Of a DNA stretch of 34,616 nucleotides, positions 27,033 through 34,616 are shown in pieces. Position 1 is the first letter of the stretch. Every line of letters starts with the position of its first letter. The stretch lies in NCBI GenBank assembly GCA_964637085.1, contig CAZWTS010000160.1, forward strand, positions 1 through 34,616. The letters are read 5' to 3'. The position numbers and the translations under genes are program-made. This DNA comes from an uncultured Desulfurococcales archaeon. GTDB taxonomy: Archaea > Thermoproteota > Thermoprotei_A > Sulfolobales > WANQ01. The notes below the pieces were generated by a model. That model was not told where the DNA came from and did not search any database. It worked only from the letters and a program-made list of their open reading frames with translations.

Positions 27033-28295
27033 ATGTTTTTGACAAGTAAAAAAGAAGTTTATGGTCACGTATTAAATATAAGAAGACTGGGAAGAGTAGG
27101 ATTTATTGTACTGAGAACCTTTGAAGGTATAGAACAAGTTACAATAAAACGCAATATTGTAGGAGAGGATGTATGGAAAACTTTCTCGAAGTTAGGGTTT
27201 GAGTACTTTATTAGAGTTAAAGGAGAATACGTAACTAGTAGTATCGCTAAACTCGGACACGAAATTATAGCAGAAGAACTCGAGATAATAGCGCCTTCAA
27301 AACCTCTTCCCATTGACTTATCTGATAAGGTTGAGGCAGAGTTTCCAACACGAATAAAATACCGTTACCTTGATATAAGAAGGCCTAAGGTTAAAGCAAT
27401 ATTTCGTGTAAGATCAACACTATTAAAGGCTGCTAGAGATTATTTCTATAAGAAGGGATTCGTAGAGCTAAACTTTCCAATAATAATAGCTACAGCAACA
27501 GAAGGGGGAGCTAATTTATTTAAGGTAACGTATTTCGATAGAATAGCCTATTTAGCACAGAGCGCTCAACTCTATAAACAATCAGCGATACCCGCTTTCG
27601 GTAAGGTATTCACCATAGGTCCGAGTTTTAGAGCAGAAAAGTCAAGAACACGTAAACATCTTACAGAGTTCTGGCAAATAGACGTTGAGAAGGCGCTTAC
27701 AACACCCGACGAATTAATAGAAATACAGTTCGGTTTAGTAAAGCACATCTATGAACGAATACTAGAGGAAAATCAAGATGATCTAAAAACACTTAATGTA
27801 AAAATAGAGGTACCAAGTTATTATCACAAATTAAGCTATGAGGAGGCACTTCAAATAATAAAGAAAAAAGGATTCGATATCCAGTGGGGTGACGATTTTG
27901 GATCCGACGAAGAACGTGCGCTATGCAACGAATTCGATGTCCCATTCTTTGTAACAGAATTTCCAGAGCAGGTCGTTGCATTTTACTATAAATTAAAAGA
28001 TGATGATCCGCGTATGGCACATAGAATAGACATGTATGGGCCCGGTCAATACGGTGTTGAGTGGTCCTCTGGAGGGCTGAGAGAGCATGATCCAAAGAAA
28101 TTAAGGGAAAGAATGCTAGCTAAGGGATTAAATCCCGAAAGCTTCTCCTGGTATCTTGACATGTTTGAGTATGGCTTTCCTCCTCATGGAGGATTTGGTA
28201 TAGGTGTTGAGAGACTCCTTCAAACAATATTAAAACTAGAGAAAATACATGAAGCAGCATTGTATCCGCGAACCCCTGACATACTAGAACCTTAA
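27033..28295 (+). CDS. asnS: class IIb aminoacyl-tRNA synthetase, most likely asparagine--tRNA ligase (AspRS not excluded)
   Basis: N-terminal OB anticodon-binding domain, motif 2 GPSFRAEKSRTRKHLTEFWQIDVE (AsnRS-like S-x-T-R-x-HL-x-EFW), and motif 3 GGFGIGVERL. Confidence 0.7.
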   Translation: MFLTSKKEVYGHVLNIRRLGRVGFIVLRTFEGIEQVTIKRNIVGEDVWKTFSKLGFEYFIRVKGEYVTSSIAKLGHEIIAEELEIIAPSKPLPIDLSDKVEAEFPTRIKYRYLDIRRPKVKAIFRVRSTLLKAARDYFYKKGFVELNFPIIIATATEGGANLFKVTYFDRIAYLAQSAQLYKQSAIPAFGKVFTIGPSFRAEKSRTRKHLTEFWQIDVEKALTTPDELIEIQFGLVKHIYERILEENQDDLKTLNVKIEVPSYYHKLSYEEALQIIKKKGFDIQWGDDFGSDEERALCNEFDVPFFVTEFPEQVVAFYYKLKDDDPRMAHRIDMYGPGQYGVEWSSGGLREHDPKKLRERMLAKGLNPESFSWYLDMFEYGFPPHGGFGIGVERLLQTILKLEKIHEAALYPRTPDILEP

Positions 28296-29068
28296 TGTTA
28301 AACATCAAGTCTCTTAATTCTTTTAATTCAATATATATCCATGGGTATGCTATGTCGACAATAAGTATTAGTGCTAATAACATAGACTTGGATCTCTCTA
28401 TGTACCCAAGTTTTGTTTCAGCTCTTTTCATAAAGCAAAGAAATAAATGGATAAAAATTGCAGGATACGGAATTGGAGCAGAGATTGCTGTAAAGAGCAG
28501 TAAAATAATATGTAAGGGATGCGATAGGAGATCTTTTAGCGAATGGACCGGGCTATGGTTTAACCCTAATGACTACATTCAATATATCAGCAAGTCGTTT
28601 GCAGAAAAGACTAGTAAACTAATCAAGTATTACAATAATCTAAGAATAATAGTGAGTAGTCGAGATAAACCATTTATTCTCACTTTAACATTTCTTTCAC
28701 GTAATACAGATTATCATAGAAATGTTAGAAGATGGTCTAGAATAATATTTAATAATCTAGAATATTTTGAGCCTCACATTATAGCTAAAAGAATAAATAG
28801 TATGAGTAAACGGAGCTTCCAGTTAAATCAATTACTAGAAATATTAGACGAAATATCTTCGATAAACTTCGATAGAAATCCATGGATCCTACGAAGAGAG
28901 TTAATGGAAATAAAATATTTAGGGCCTAAGGTCGTAGATGCTTTTCTTCTCTTTAGTGGTTATGATACAATATTTACTCCAAGCGATATTCATTTGAGAA
29001 GATTCTCCTTAAAAATAGGTCTAATTAAAAATGATAAAATAATTGTACCTAGCAAAAAGTATTGTTAG
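28295..29068 (+). CDS. HhH-GPD DNA glycosylase/lyase-like protein, N-terminal and catalytic part (frame-disrupted, see 29062-29247)
   Basis: HhH-GPD signature LMEIKYLGPKVVDAFLLFSGYDTIFTPSDIHLRR has Lys in the hairpin and Asp about 20 residues later, as in bifunctional EndoIII/OGG enzymes. Upstream, FILTLTFLSRNTDYHRNVRRW resembles the OGG/AlkA core helix. The ORF stops at TAG 29066-29068, right after an A5 run. Confidence 0.6.
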   Translation: MLNIKSLNSFNSIYIHGYAMSTISISANNIDLDLSMYPSFVSALFIKQRNKWIKIAGYGIGAEIAVKSSKIICKGCDRRSFSEWTGLWFNPNDYIQYISKSFAEKTSKLIKYYNNLRIIVSSRDKPFILTLTFLSRNTDYHRNVRRWSRIIFNNLEYFEPHIIAKRINSMSKRSFQLNQLLEILDEISSINFDRNPWILRRELMEIKYLGPKVVDAFLLFSGYDTIFTPSDIHLRRFSLKIGLIKNDKIIVPSKKYC

Positions 29069-29247
29069 AATATGATGCCTTTTGCCCGCAATGCCCCCTT
29101 AGAAATAAGTGTCTAACCGGTATCTTCCAAACAATATATAATCGTCTTAGCGGATTTCTACAGACAATAGCATTTGTACACGATAATTTATGGTGTTCTA
29201 AGAAATCTTGTAGTAATTGTCCGTTTCGTAAGATATGTCACTTATGA
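29062..29247 (+). CDS. Cys-rich C-terminal segment (Fe-S cluster loop-like) of the preceding glycosylase, in the -1 frame
   Basis: This frame is open from 29053. It encodes CPQCPLRNKC ... WCSKKSCSNCPFRKIC; the latter resembles the EndoIII/MutY CX6CX2CX5C cluster loop (here CX4CX2CX5C). It has no convincing start of its own (TTG only) and overlaps the upstream ORF. Confidence 0.5.
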   Translation: MLEYDAFCPQCPLRNKCLTGIFQTIYNRLSGFLQTIAFVHDNLWCSKKSCSNCPFRKICHL

Positions 29248-29295
29248 AGTATCTTGTAGACAAATGGGATTTCCGGTTATCTTTACTTTTTATTA

Positions 29296-30066
29296 TTAAA
29301 TTAGTTCTTTTGGAATATTATTTGGGGTATATGCTATTTTGGGCTTCAATCCCATAATGTTTAATAAGTATCTAACATGTGGATATAATATCACATACTC
29401 TGGGTCTATGTAATCAGGTAGCTTAGGATCGATTTCTCTTAGTTTCTCTATTAGGTCTTTAATATCTTCTTTGCTCGAAAAACTAAACATTACTGCTGGG
29501 TAGACTTCTTCACCTATCTCTAAACCCGCATCCAGCAAGTGTACTAGTGCTTTTAGTTGCACGTGCCAGTATCTTGCTGGTGCTCCTGTAAGTTTTTCAA
29601 ATTCCTTTGGAGATGCACCTTTAATTGATATGCGTATTTCAATTCCCTGACCGTGGAATTCGCCTAGTTTCACCGCACACGATTTATCTAATCCTATGAG
29701 TATACCATTTGTTTCCACAATGAAATGGTATTTTTCCGCTAGGCTTATGTTTATGAGGTTTATGAGGTGTTCAAACCCTATTGTAGGTTCTCCTCCACTT
29801 ACTCTAAGCTGTCTTACCCTTCCTTTAGCCTTCTCCTTCATTAATGAGAATGCCTCACTTGGGTCTAAATATACTCCTTTAACCTTAGTATTCCAGGTAA
29901 ACCTCCATGCCCAACAGAATTTGCATCTAAGATTACATCCTACTACGTCTCCTGTAACTACACCTCCATACCATTTATCTTTTCGGAATCGGAAATACTT
30001 TCGCTTGTTCTCCCTCACTACTTCGTTTTCAACTATTTTTGTTAGTATCACTGGATCATATATCAT
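29296..30066 (-). CDS. small radical SAM protein (single CX3CX2C cluster), function unknown
   Basis: 256 aa with GCNLRCKFCWAW and SGGEPTIG. There are no N-terminal auxiliary-cluster cysteines, so it is not a typical Taw1. It lies 14 nt downstream of the flavoprotein gene. Confidence 0.75.
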   Translation of the reverse strand: MIYDPVILTKIVENEVVRENKRKYFRFRKDKWYGGVVTGDVVGCNLRCKFCWAWRFTWNTKVKGVYLDPSEAFSLMKEKAKGRVRQLRVSGGEPTIGFEHLINLINISLAEKYHFIVETNGILIGLDKSCAVKLGEFHGQGIEIRISIKGASPKEFEKLTGAPARYWHVQLKALVHLLDAGLEIGEEVYPAVMFSFSSKEDIKDLIEKLREIDPKLPDYIDPEYVILYPHVRYLLNIMGLKPKIAYTPNNIPKELI

Positions 30067-30080
30067 AGTATATCCTTCTA

Positions 30081-30839
30081 TTATTCTTGTTTATTTAGGA
30101 GTTTAAACGTTATTTTTGTTCTCTCTGGGTATTGTTTATTCTTATTTCTAACGGCTTCTTTTTCTGCCTTCTCTATTATGTCTTTTATATACTCTTTTGA
30201 TAATAGTGTTGGATCATACCACTCTTTCTTTGATTTAACTAATCTTATTGTTTCAACAATTATTTTTCCTATATTAGCGGCATCGAGTAATGCGTTTTTG
30301 TTCTCAATTACATCTCCTTCTCTAGCATGATACGCGAGTGCCCATGGTGGGATAACGAATCCCATACTGTTAAATACTATTGATAAGTATGAAATTGTAT
30401 TAATGTCCCCGCTATCGGAGCCAACAGCTATGAAAGCTGCTACCTTCCCCTCAACCCAGCTGCGTCCATCAATAAATATCATGTTTTCAAAGGCTGTCAT
30501 TCTATCTATGAGATTCTTTAAATGTCCACTCGGTCCATACCAGTAGATAGGTGTAGCAATAATTAGACCATCACTCTTCAATATTTTCTCTAATACTATT
30601 CTTCCATCATCATCTATAACACATGGGTATCTGCATGCTTTTTGTTCATCACTTAGACATCCTAAGCAGGGCTTTATCTCATAATCATATAAATGTATTA
30701 ACTCAGTTTCAGCACCATATTTTCTAGCAGTCTCTATTGCAATATAGAGTAGCTTAAATGTATTACCGTATTTTCTCGGTGAGGCATTAATGCCTAGTAT
30801 TCTTATATTATCCGCATTATCCGTCATGTTTACCCCCAT
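30081..30839 (-). CDS. iron-sulfur flavoprotein / NADPH-dependent FMN reductase family protein
   Basis: ILGINASPRKYGNT flavodoxin-like FMN loop, compact Cys motif CLGCLSDEQKACRYPC, and ATPIYWYGPSGHLKNLIDR. Confidence 0.8.
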   Translation of the reverse strand: MGVNMTDNADNIRILGINASPRKYGNTFKLLYIAIETARKYGAETELIHLYDYEIKPCLGCLSDEQKACRYPCVIDDDGRIVLEKILKSDGLIIATPIYWYGPSGHLKNLIDRMTAFENMIFIDGRSWVEGKVAAFIAVGSDSGDINTISYLSIVFNSMGFVIPPWALAYHAREGDVIENKNALLDAANIGKIIVETIRLVKSKKEWYDPTLLSKEYIKDIIEKAEKEAVRNKNKQYPERTKITFKLLNKQE

Positions 30840-30915
30840 ATCGCAGAAATAATAGGAGTGACTTCAAGAATAAATATTTTAATTTTTAATAGCCTTATAG
30901 TCTAGATTTAAGCAT

Positions 30916-30976
30916 GAGTCTATGATGATGCCCCTACTCTAATGAATGGTGATTGCGTGGTCCTTCACTGAGACTC
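30916..30976 (+). ncRNA. C/D box sRNA (2'-O-methylation guide)
   Basis: GAGUC U AUGAUGA UGCCCCUACUCUA AUGA AUG GUGAUUG CGUGGUCCUUCA CUGA GACUC. It has canonical C and D boxes, a perfect 5-bp terminal stem abutting box D, and a 3-nt bulge before the GA of box C. The C'-D guide spacer is 12 nt and the C-D' spacer is 13 nt. Internal D'/C' keep the GA pairs and U:U pair, and G-C is replaced by U-A. A TATA-like TTTTTAATAG lies about 26 nt upstream. Confidence 0.8.
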
Positions 30977-31789
30977 GTTTACTATTTCTCTATAAAGTGA
31001 TGGTCTTCTCAGTTTTAGTACTGGTAAAATCTTTCGTACTTCATATATATAATCTATGTCAACAGTATATTCTCTATAAATCTCACGCGTCCCCAAATCA
31101 ACTAATACGATACCCATGGGGTCAACTATCATACTCCTTCCAGTAAACGTTTTACCCGCTTGATTAGCAACCACCATATATATGGTGTTTTCGTGTGCCC
31201 TGCTTTGCGCAAGGAATCTTAGAGTTTCCTCTTTTAAAGGACCACGATACCATGCCGAAGGACTTATTATTACTTCCGCTCCCCTTAAAGCATATATCCT
31301 ATATATCTCTGGAAAACGTATGTCGAAACACACAGTATAAGCTGTTTTCACGTTTTTCACAACTTCTACAGTTGAAAGAGAATTACCCGCTAACATATAA
31401 TTAGATTCATGATAACCATATGCATCAAATAAATGAATCTTCCTATATACAACCTTTACGCTTTCATCGGGAGCTGCTAGAATTATTGTATTATATACCT
31501 TAGGTGGTGTAGGAGTTCTTTCAAATAATGTTCCTACAACTACTGTAGAATACTCTCTAGCTATTTCTACGTATTTCTTAACAAAGTCTCCTTCTAAGTC
31601 CTCTGAAACAGCATAAAGATCTCTAGGTGTTAACCCATCAAGATTGTACATGAAATATTCGGGAAATACAAGAATGTCTGCTTCTATGCTACCGTATTGT
31701 CTCATAATATCTAGTGCTTTCTCAAAATTTTTCCTCTTATCTTTCACTGATTCTAATTGAATAATACCAATTCGGAGTAAACGTGGCAT
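30965..31789 (-). CDS. carbon-nitrogen hydrolase (nitrilase superfamily) protein
   Basis: The Glu-Lys-Cys triad appears in its usual contexts: LVFPEY, YRKIHLF, AYTVCFDIRFPE. Confidence 0.85.
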   Translation of the reverse strand: MPRLLRIGIIQLESVKDKRKNFEKALDIMRQYGSIEADILVFPEYFMYNLDGLTPRDLYAVSEDLEGDFVKKYVEIAREYSTVVVGTLFERTPTPPKVYNTIILAAPDESVKVVYRKIHLFDAYGYHESNYMLAGNSLSTVEVVKNVKTAYTVCFDIRFPEIYRIYALRGAEVIISPSAWYRGPLKEETLRFLAQSRAHENTIYMVVANQAGKTFTGRSMIVDPMGIVLVDLGTREIYREYTVDIDYIYEVRKILPVLKLRRPSLYREIVNESQ

Positions 31790-31872
31790 TACAATTACCC
31801 ATAACTTCTAACACCAAATAGATTAAATACTTTTAAGCCTCTCTATTCTCTCACCTCCTCGGTGCCAATAAA

Positions 31873-32730
31873 TTGGAGGTATTGTTTGCAGACGCTCATT
31901 GTCATACGAATCCAGTGAAAGGTCTTGGAATGCGGAAAATAGCATCAAAGTTTAAGGAAAATAATGGATGGTTCATAGGTATTGTAGGTCTCTCGCCCTG
32001 GAGCTATGGTCTAGATCCATCTTATGAAGGATATAAGAAGACATTTGAATTAGTTATAAGAGAATGTAATATTGCAAAAGAGTACGGTCTAAAAACTTCA
32101 TGTATTATTGGAATACACCCATCTGATATTGATAAACTAGTATACCGTTATGGTTTAAAGATAGATAAAGCATTAGACTTAGCGTTCAAGGTTCTCGATA
32201 AAGCTATAGATTTTTGTAGAAAGGGTATTATAGATGGTATAGGTGAAGAAGGAAGACCCCACTACAAAATAGATCCTATATTTGTTGCAGCATCAGAACT
32301 TGTGTTAATGAGAGCTATGGAGGCTGCCAGAGACTATGATTGTATCGTACACATGCATCTAGAGCAAGGAGGCAAAGTCACGGTAATGTCTATTGAGAAG
32401 TTAGCTAGGTTTATAAGAGCTCCTCCAAGAAGACTTCTTTTCCATCACACAAGACCAGGACTAACAGAACATGTGATTGAAAAAGGATATCCAGCGACAA
32501 TACCTGGAATAGAACCTGTTCTTAAAATAATATTCAATAGAATTGAACCCAAATTTATGATTGAGAGTGACTATATTGATGATCCTAAACGACCTGGGGT
32601 AGTAGTTTATCCATGGGAGATGATTAGAAACGAGATAAGATTACTAAATAATGGCATTGTAAACGAAGAGCAATTATATAAGGTGAATATAGAAAATATT
32701 GTAGAATTCTATAGAGTTGAACCCCCTTAA
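31873..32730 (+). CDS. TatD-related / amidohydrolase-fold metal-dependent hydrolase
   Basis: N-terminal FADAHCH, later GIHP, VHMHLE and HH motifs in a roughly 285-aa TIM-barrel-sized protein. TTG start. Divergent from the canonical TatD at 23612. Confidence 0.6.
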   Translation: MEVLFADAHCHTNPVKGLGMRKIASKFKENNGWFIGIVGLSPWSYGLDPSYEGYKKTFELVIRECNIAKEYGLKTSCIIGIHPSDIDKLVYRYGLKIDKALDLAFKVLDKAIDFCRKGIIDGIGEEGRPHYKIDPIFVAASELVLMRAMEAARDYDCIVHMHLEQGGKVTVMSIEKLARFIRAPPRRLLFHHTRPGLTEHVIEKGYPATIPGIEPVLKIIFNRIEPKFMIESDYIDDPKRPGVVVYPWEMIRNEIRLLNNGIVNEEQLYKVNIENIVEFYRVEPP

Positions 32731-33443
32731 GATTCTCCTTTCGTAATATCACTTAGTATTTTCTCTATTTCTGACAATATTGCAAGGTACTTCTGCTTCA
32801 ATAACTGTATTCTTAGATATCTCTTTATATCTTGGTAGGACTTTAACTTACGTGGTATAATATTACTATTTTTCATTTCATTAATTTTCTTCACAACTTC
32901 CTTTATACTCAAACCTAGCCTTTCAGAAGCCTCTATGATATTCTTACTATAGGCTATTGTTTTAACTATTTCATAGTATTGTGGTTTTATTTTATAATCT
33001 GTTTCAAATAACATGTCAATGTATTTTTCTATTACCTCGTCTAGAGCAGCCTTAACTATGTTCTCAAGCTCATCAGCATCTATGAGGAATTGATCTGAAA
33101 GTTCTATTACTCTTATATTCAAGTTTTCTACGAGAACCCTAGCTGCTTCATCTGCATAGCCTCTACATACTATTAGTGGTTTTGCACCTACTAACATTGC
33201 ATTTACGAGGGCTTGTCTTATACTATTAACATCAATACGCCCTGCTTTTATTTCTACAGCGTATTTTTCGCTAGTTTCCTTATCGACGGCTATGGCATCT
33301 ATTTCTGCTACTTCTACTCCGCTAATAATAATCTTATAATGTGTATCAATTATGTCGTATCCAAGCGTTTCTAGCATTTGTAGCGCTATTCTTTCACTAG
33401 CTCTCCATTTACTTTTAGGGGAAATACCCAAGATATCCACCAA
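32727..33443 (-). CDS. PD-(D/E)xK nuclease-fold protein (YraN/Hjc-like core) with C-terminal helix-turn-helix-like domain
   Basis: ERIALQMLETLGYDII...VAEIDAIAVD...YAVEIKAG gives the E / D / ExK arrangement. The C-terminal half has an HTH-like segment (NIIEASERLGLSIKEVVKKINEM). Confidence 0.55.
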   Translation of the reverse strand: MVDILGISPKSKWRASERIALQMLETLGYDIIDTHYKIIISGVEVAEIDAIAVDKETSEKYAVEIKAGRIDVNSIRQALVNAMLVGAKPLIVCRGYADEAARVLVENLNIRVIELSDQFLIDADELENIVKAALDEVIEKYIDMLFETDYKIKPQYYEIVKTIAYSKNIIEASERLGLSIKEVVKKINEMKNSNIIPRKLKSYQDIKRYLRIQLLKQKYLAILSEIEKILSDITKGES

Positions 33444-33501
33444 TAATTCAATTACCTATATGTTTTCTGAAAACTATATTAAGATACTCTAAGATTAATT
33501 T

Positions 33502-34059
33502 TTGCGAGGGAAAAATAAAGTGAAGTCTAATATGGTATTATTACTGATCCTCTCGCTTGGTCTGTTCACTCTTCCAGTAAATGCGCAACAAGGTATATTA
33601 ATATACCATGTATACTACAATGATGTTCTAATAATACAGTTAGAAGTTATACCAGACGATACAGTAAGCGTAAAAGTTGTACCCTTATATGACATAGATT
33701 CTAGAACCTTTTATGCAATATCAGACCTATTAATTTCTCCTACAAAGCATCGTTTTGTACTTCAAAACATAGAAGACTTCGCAAAAGACATTCACGCGAG
33801 TTTCAAACAGCTTAATGAGACGATAATATTAGAATACAAAGTAAACAAATTCGCACGGAAGTCAGTATATGATAATAATGGTATACTTCTACGCGAAACA
33901 AACATATACGATGATATAAATATAAGCGTGTACTTAGTAACGGTTATAAATAACAGCTTGTATTACAATACAATCTCGATTACAATCCCGTTAGCCATAG
34001 TTATACTGGGCTTAGCAGTATATAGTTATATAAGAAGGGAGTATCTTCGCATCCTCTAG
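33502..34059 (+). CDS. secreted/membrane-anchored hypothetical protein
   Basis: N-terminal signal-like segment (KSNMVLLLILSLGLFTLPVNAQ; GTG 33520 or ATG 33532 are plausible starts). C-terminal hydrophobic anchor IPLAIVILGLAVYSYI followed by RREY. Confidence 0.55.
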   Translation: MRGKNKVKSNMVLLLILSLGLFTLPVNAQQGILIYHVYYNDVLIIQLEVIPDDTVSVKVVPLYDIDSRTFYAISDLLISPTKHRFVLQNIEDFAKDIHASFKQLNETIILEYKVNKFARKSVYDNNGILLRETNIYDDINISVYLVTVINNSLYYNTISITIPLAIVILGLAVYSYIRREYLRIL

Positions 34060-34616
34060 TATATTAATGGCATATTATTGCTTCCGTAAGGGCGTGGTAT
34101 AGCGGGTATACCTAAACGTCTTCTAATCTCCTTTGCAAATACCTCACCAGCCCCTTGCCTATAGGTGTCGACTATCACTATTTTCGGATTAGATTCCTCA
34201 ACGTATTGAAGCAACTGCTCAAAGTCGGCATGGTCGCTGAGGGCTACGATCCAAGTCTTATAATCGACCCTGCGATAGGGTTCTCTAAACTCCCATCCAG
34301 TTAGAACTATTTTGTTATACTTGTTTATTCCGTAATCTTCAACTCTACTGTTACTATTTGCGTGGAAGAAGCCTATGAACCATTTATCTCTTATAATCTC
34401 CTTAGCTTCAATACTTTGAATGTTGAAAACATCCCTTATAGTATATCCGTGTTTTATTACTGCTCTTGTTACCTTATAGACCATAGGTGATGCTATGAAT
34501 GGAGCATCTATACCATTGCTTCTTAATAAAAGCATTACTTCTTGTATTTTGCCGTGGAAGCCATAGATAACTACGGGACCGTGAACTAAGAGGTCTTTTA
34601 CAAGATCTACAAAGAG
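34056..34616 (-). CDS. metallo-beta-lactamase-fold beta-CASP-like nuclease, C-terminal part (5' end runs off the window)
   Basis: The frame stays open upstream of the track's Met to the window edge (LFVDLVKDLLVHGPVVIYGFHGKIQEV-MLLL...). ALSDHADFEQLLQYVEESNPKIVIV matches the beta-CASP motif C region (SxHAD) seen in RNA/DNA-processing MBL nucleases. Confidence 0.6.
   Translation of the reverse strand, partial: LFVDLVKDLLVHGPVVIYGFHGKIQEVMLLLRSNGIDAPFIASPMVYKVTRAVIKHGYTIRDVFNIQSIEAKEIIRDKWFIGFFHANSNSRVEDYGINKYNKIVLTGWEFREPYRRVDYKTWIVALSDHADFEQLLQYVEESNPKIVIVDTYRQGAGEVFAKEIRRRLGIPAIPRPYGSNNMPLIY

Noticed and set aside
30946-31146. 66-aa plus-strand ORF at the nitrilase 3' end
   Set aside because: Its 5' part is better explained by the C/D box sRNA (30916-30976). 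The rest is antisense to the well-supported CN-hydrolase CDS.
31845-31856. GGAGGTGA (minus strand) as a Shine-Dalgarno for a missed small minus-strand ORF upstream of the nitrilase gene
   Set aside because: No start codon follows at a suitable distance; the frame reads into TAA within a few codons. It is about 60 nt from the nitrilase ATG, too far to serve it.
1-34616. CRISPR arrays, IS elements/transposases, integrases, prophage or plasmid modules, toxin-antitoxin pairs, rRNA/tRNA genes
   Set aside because: I found no regularly spaced direct repeats, no terminal inverted repeats flanking a transposase-like ORF and no recombinase motifs. Gene content is housekeeping throughout, so I do not regard this window as a mobile or defence island.

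Overview
Dense, almost entirely coding chromosomal segment (about 36 protein genes, short AT-rich spacers). It comes from an AT-rich archaeon, most likely a hyperthermophilic crenarchaeon of the Desulfurococcales type; the lineage is an inference from gene content. Supporting genes are archaeal riboflavin synthase, GTP cyclohydrolase III, a short XPF nuclease, a tetraether lipid synthase homologue, tungsten AOR, IOR and C/D box sRNAs. Content in order: a riboflavin cluster (ribB-ribC-ribH-arfA, with arfC nearby); UDP-GlcNAc genes (glmM, glmS, glmU-like); three radical SAM genes (Tes/GDGT-MAS-like, a CX7CX2C enzyme with an HhH tail, and a small enzyme behind an iron-sulfur flavoprotein); thiL; AOR plus a MoaD-like GG protein; XPF; iorAB; H+-PPase; mgtE; a class IIb aaRS; a nitrilase-family hydrolase; two TatD-like hydrolases; two stand-alone THUMP-like proteins; several orphans. 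I see no CRISPR array, transposase, integrase, rRNA or tRNA, and no obvious defence island. The best-supported things the ORF track does not explain are two unannotated C/D box sRNAs in GC-rich islands (30916-30976 +, 21205-21267 -) and an EndoIII/OGG-like glycosylase split by a -1 frame change at an A5 tract (29054-29058). Weaker leads are the flavoprotein-radical SAM operon, the thiL-like/radical-SAM/Tes array, a DapA-fold protein lacking the Schiff-base lysine, and a nuclease-fold/HTH gene near a beta-CASP-like gene. I cannot show that any of these is a genuinely new multi-gene system. All homology calls come from reading motifs by eye, not from searches.
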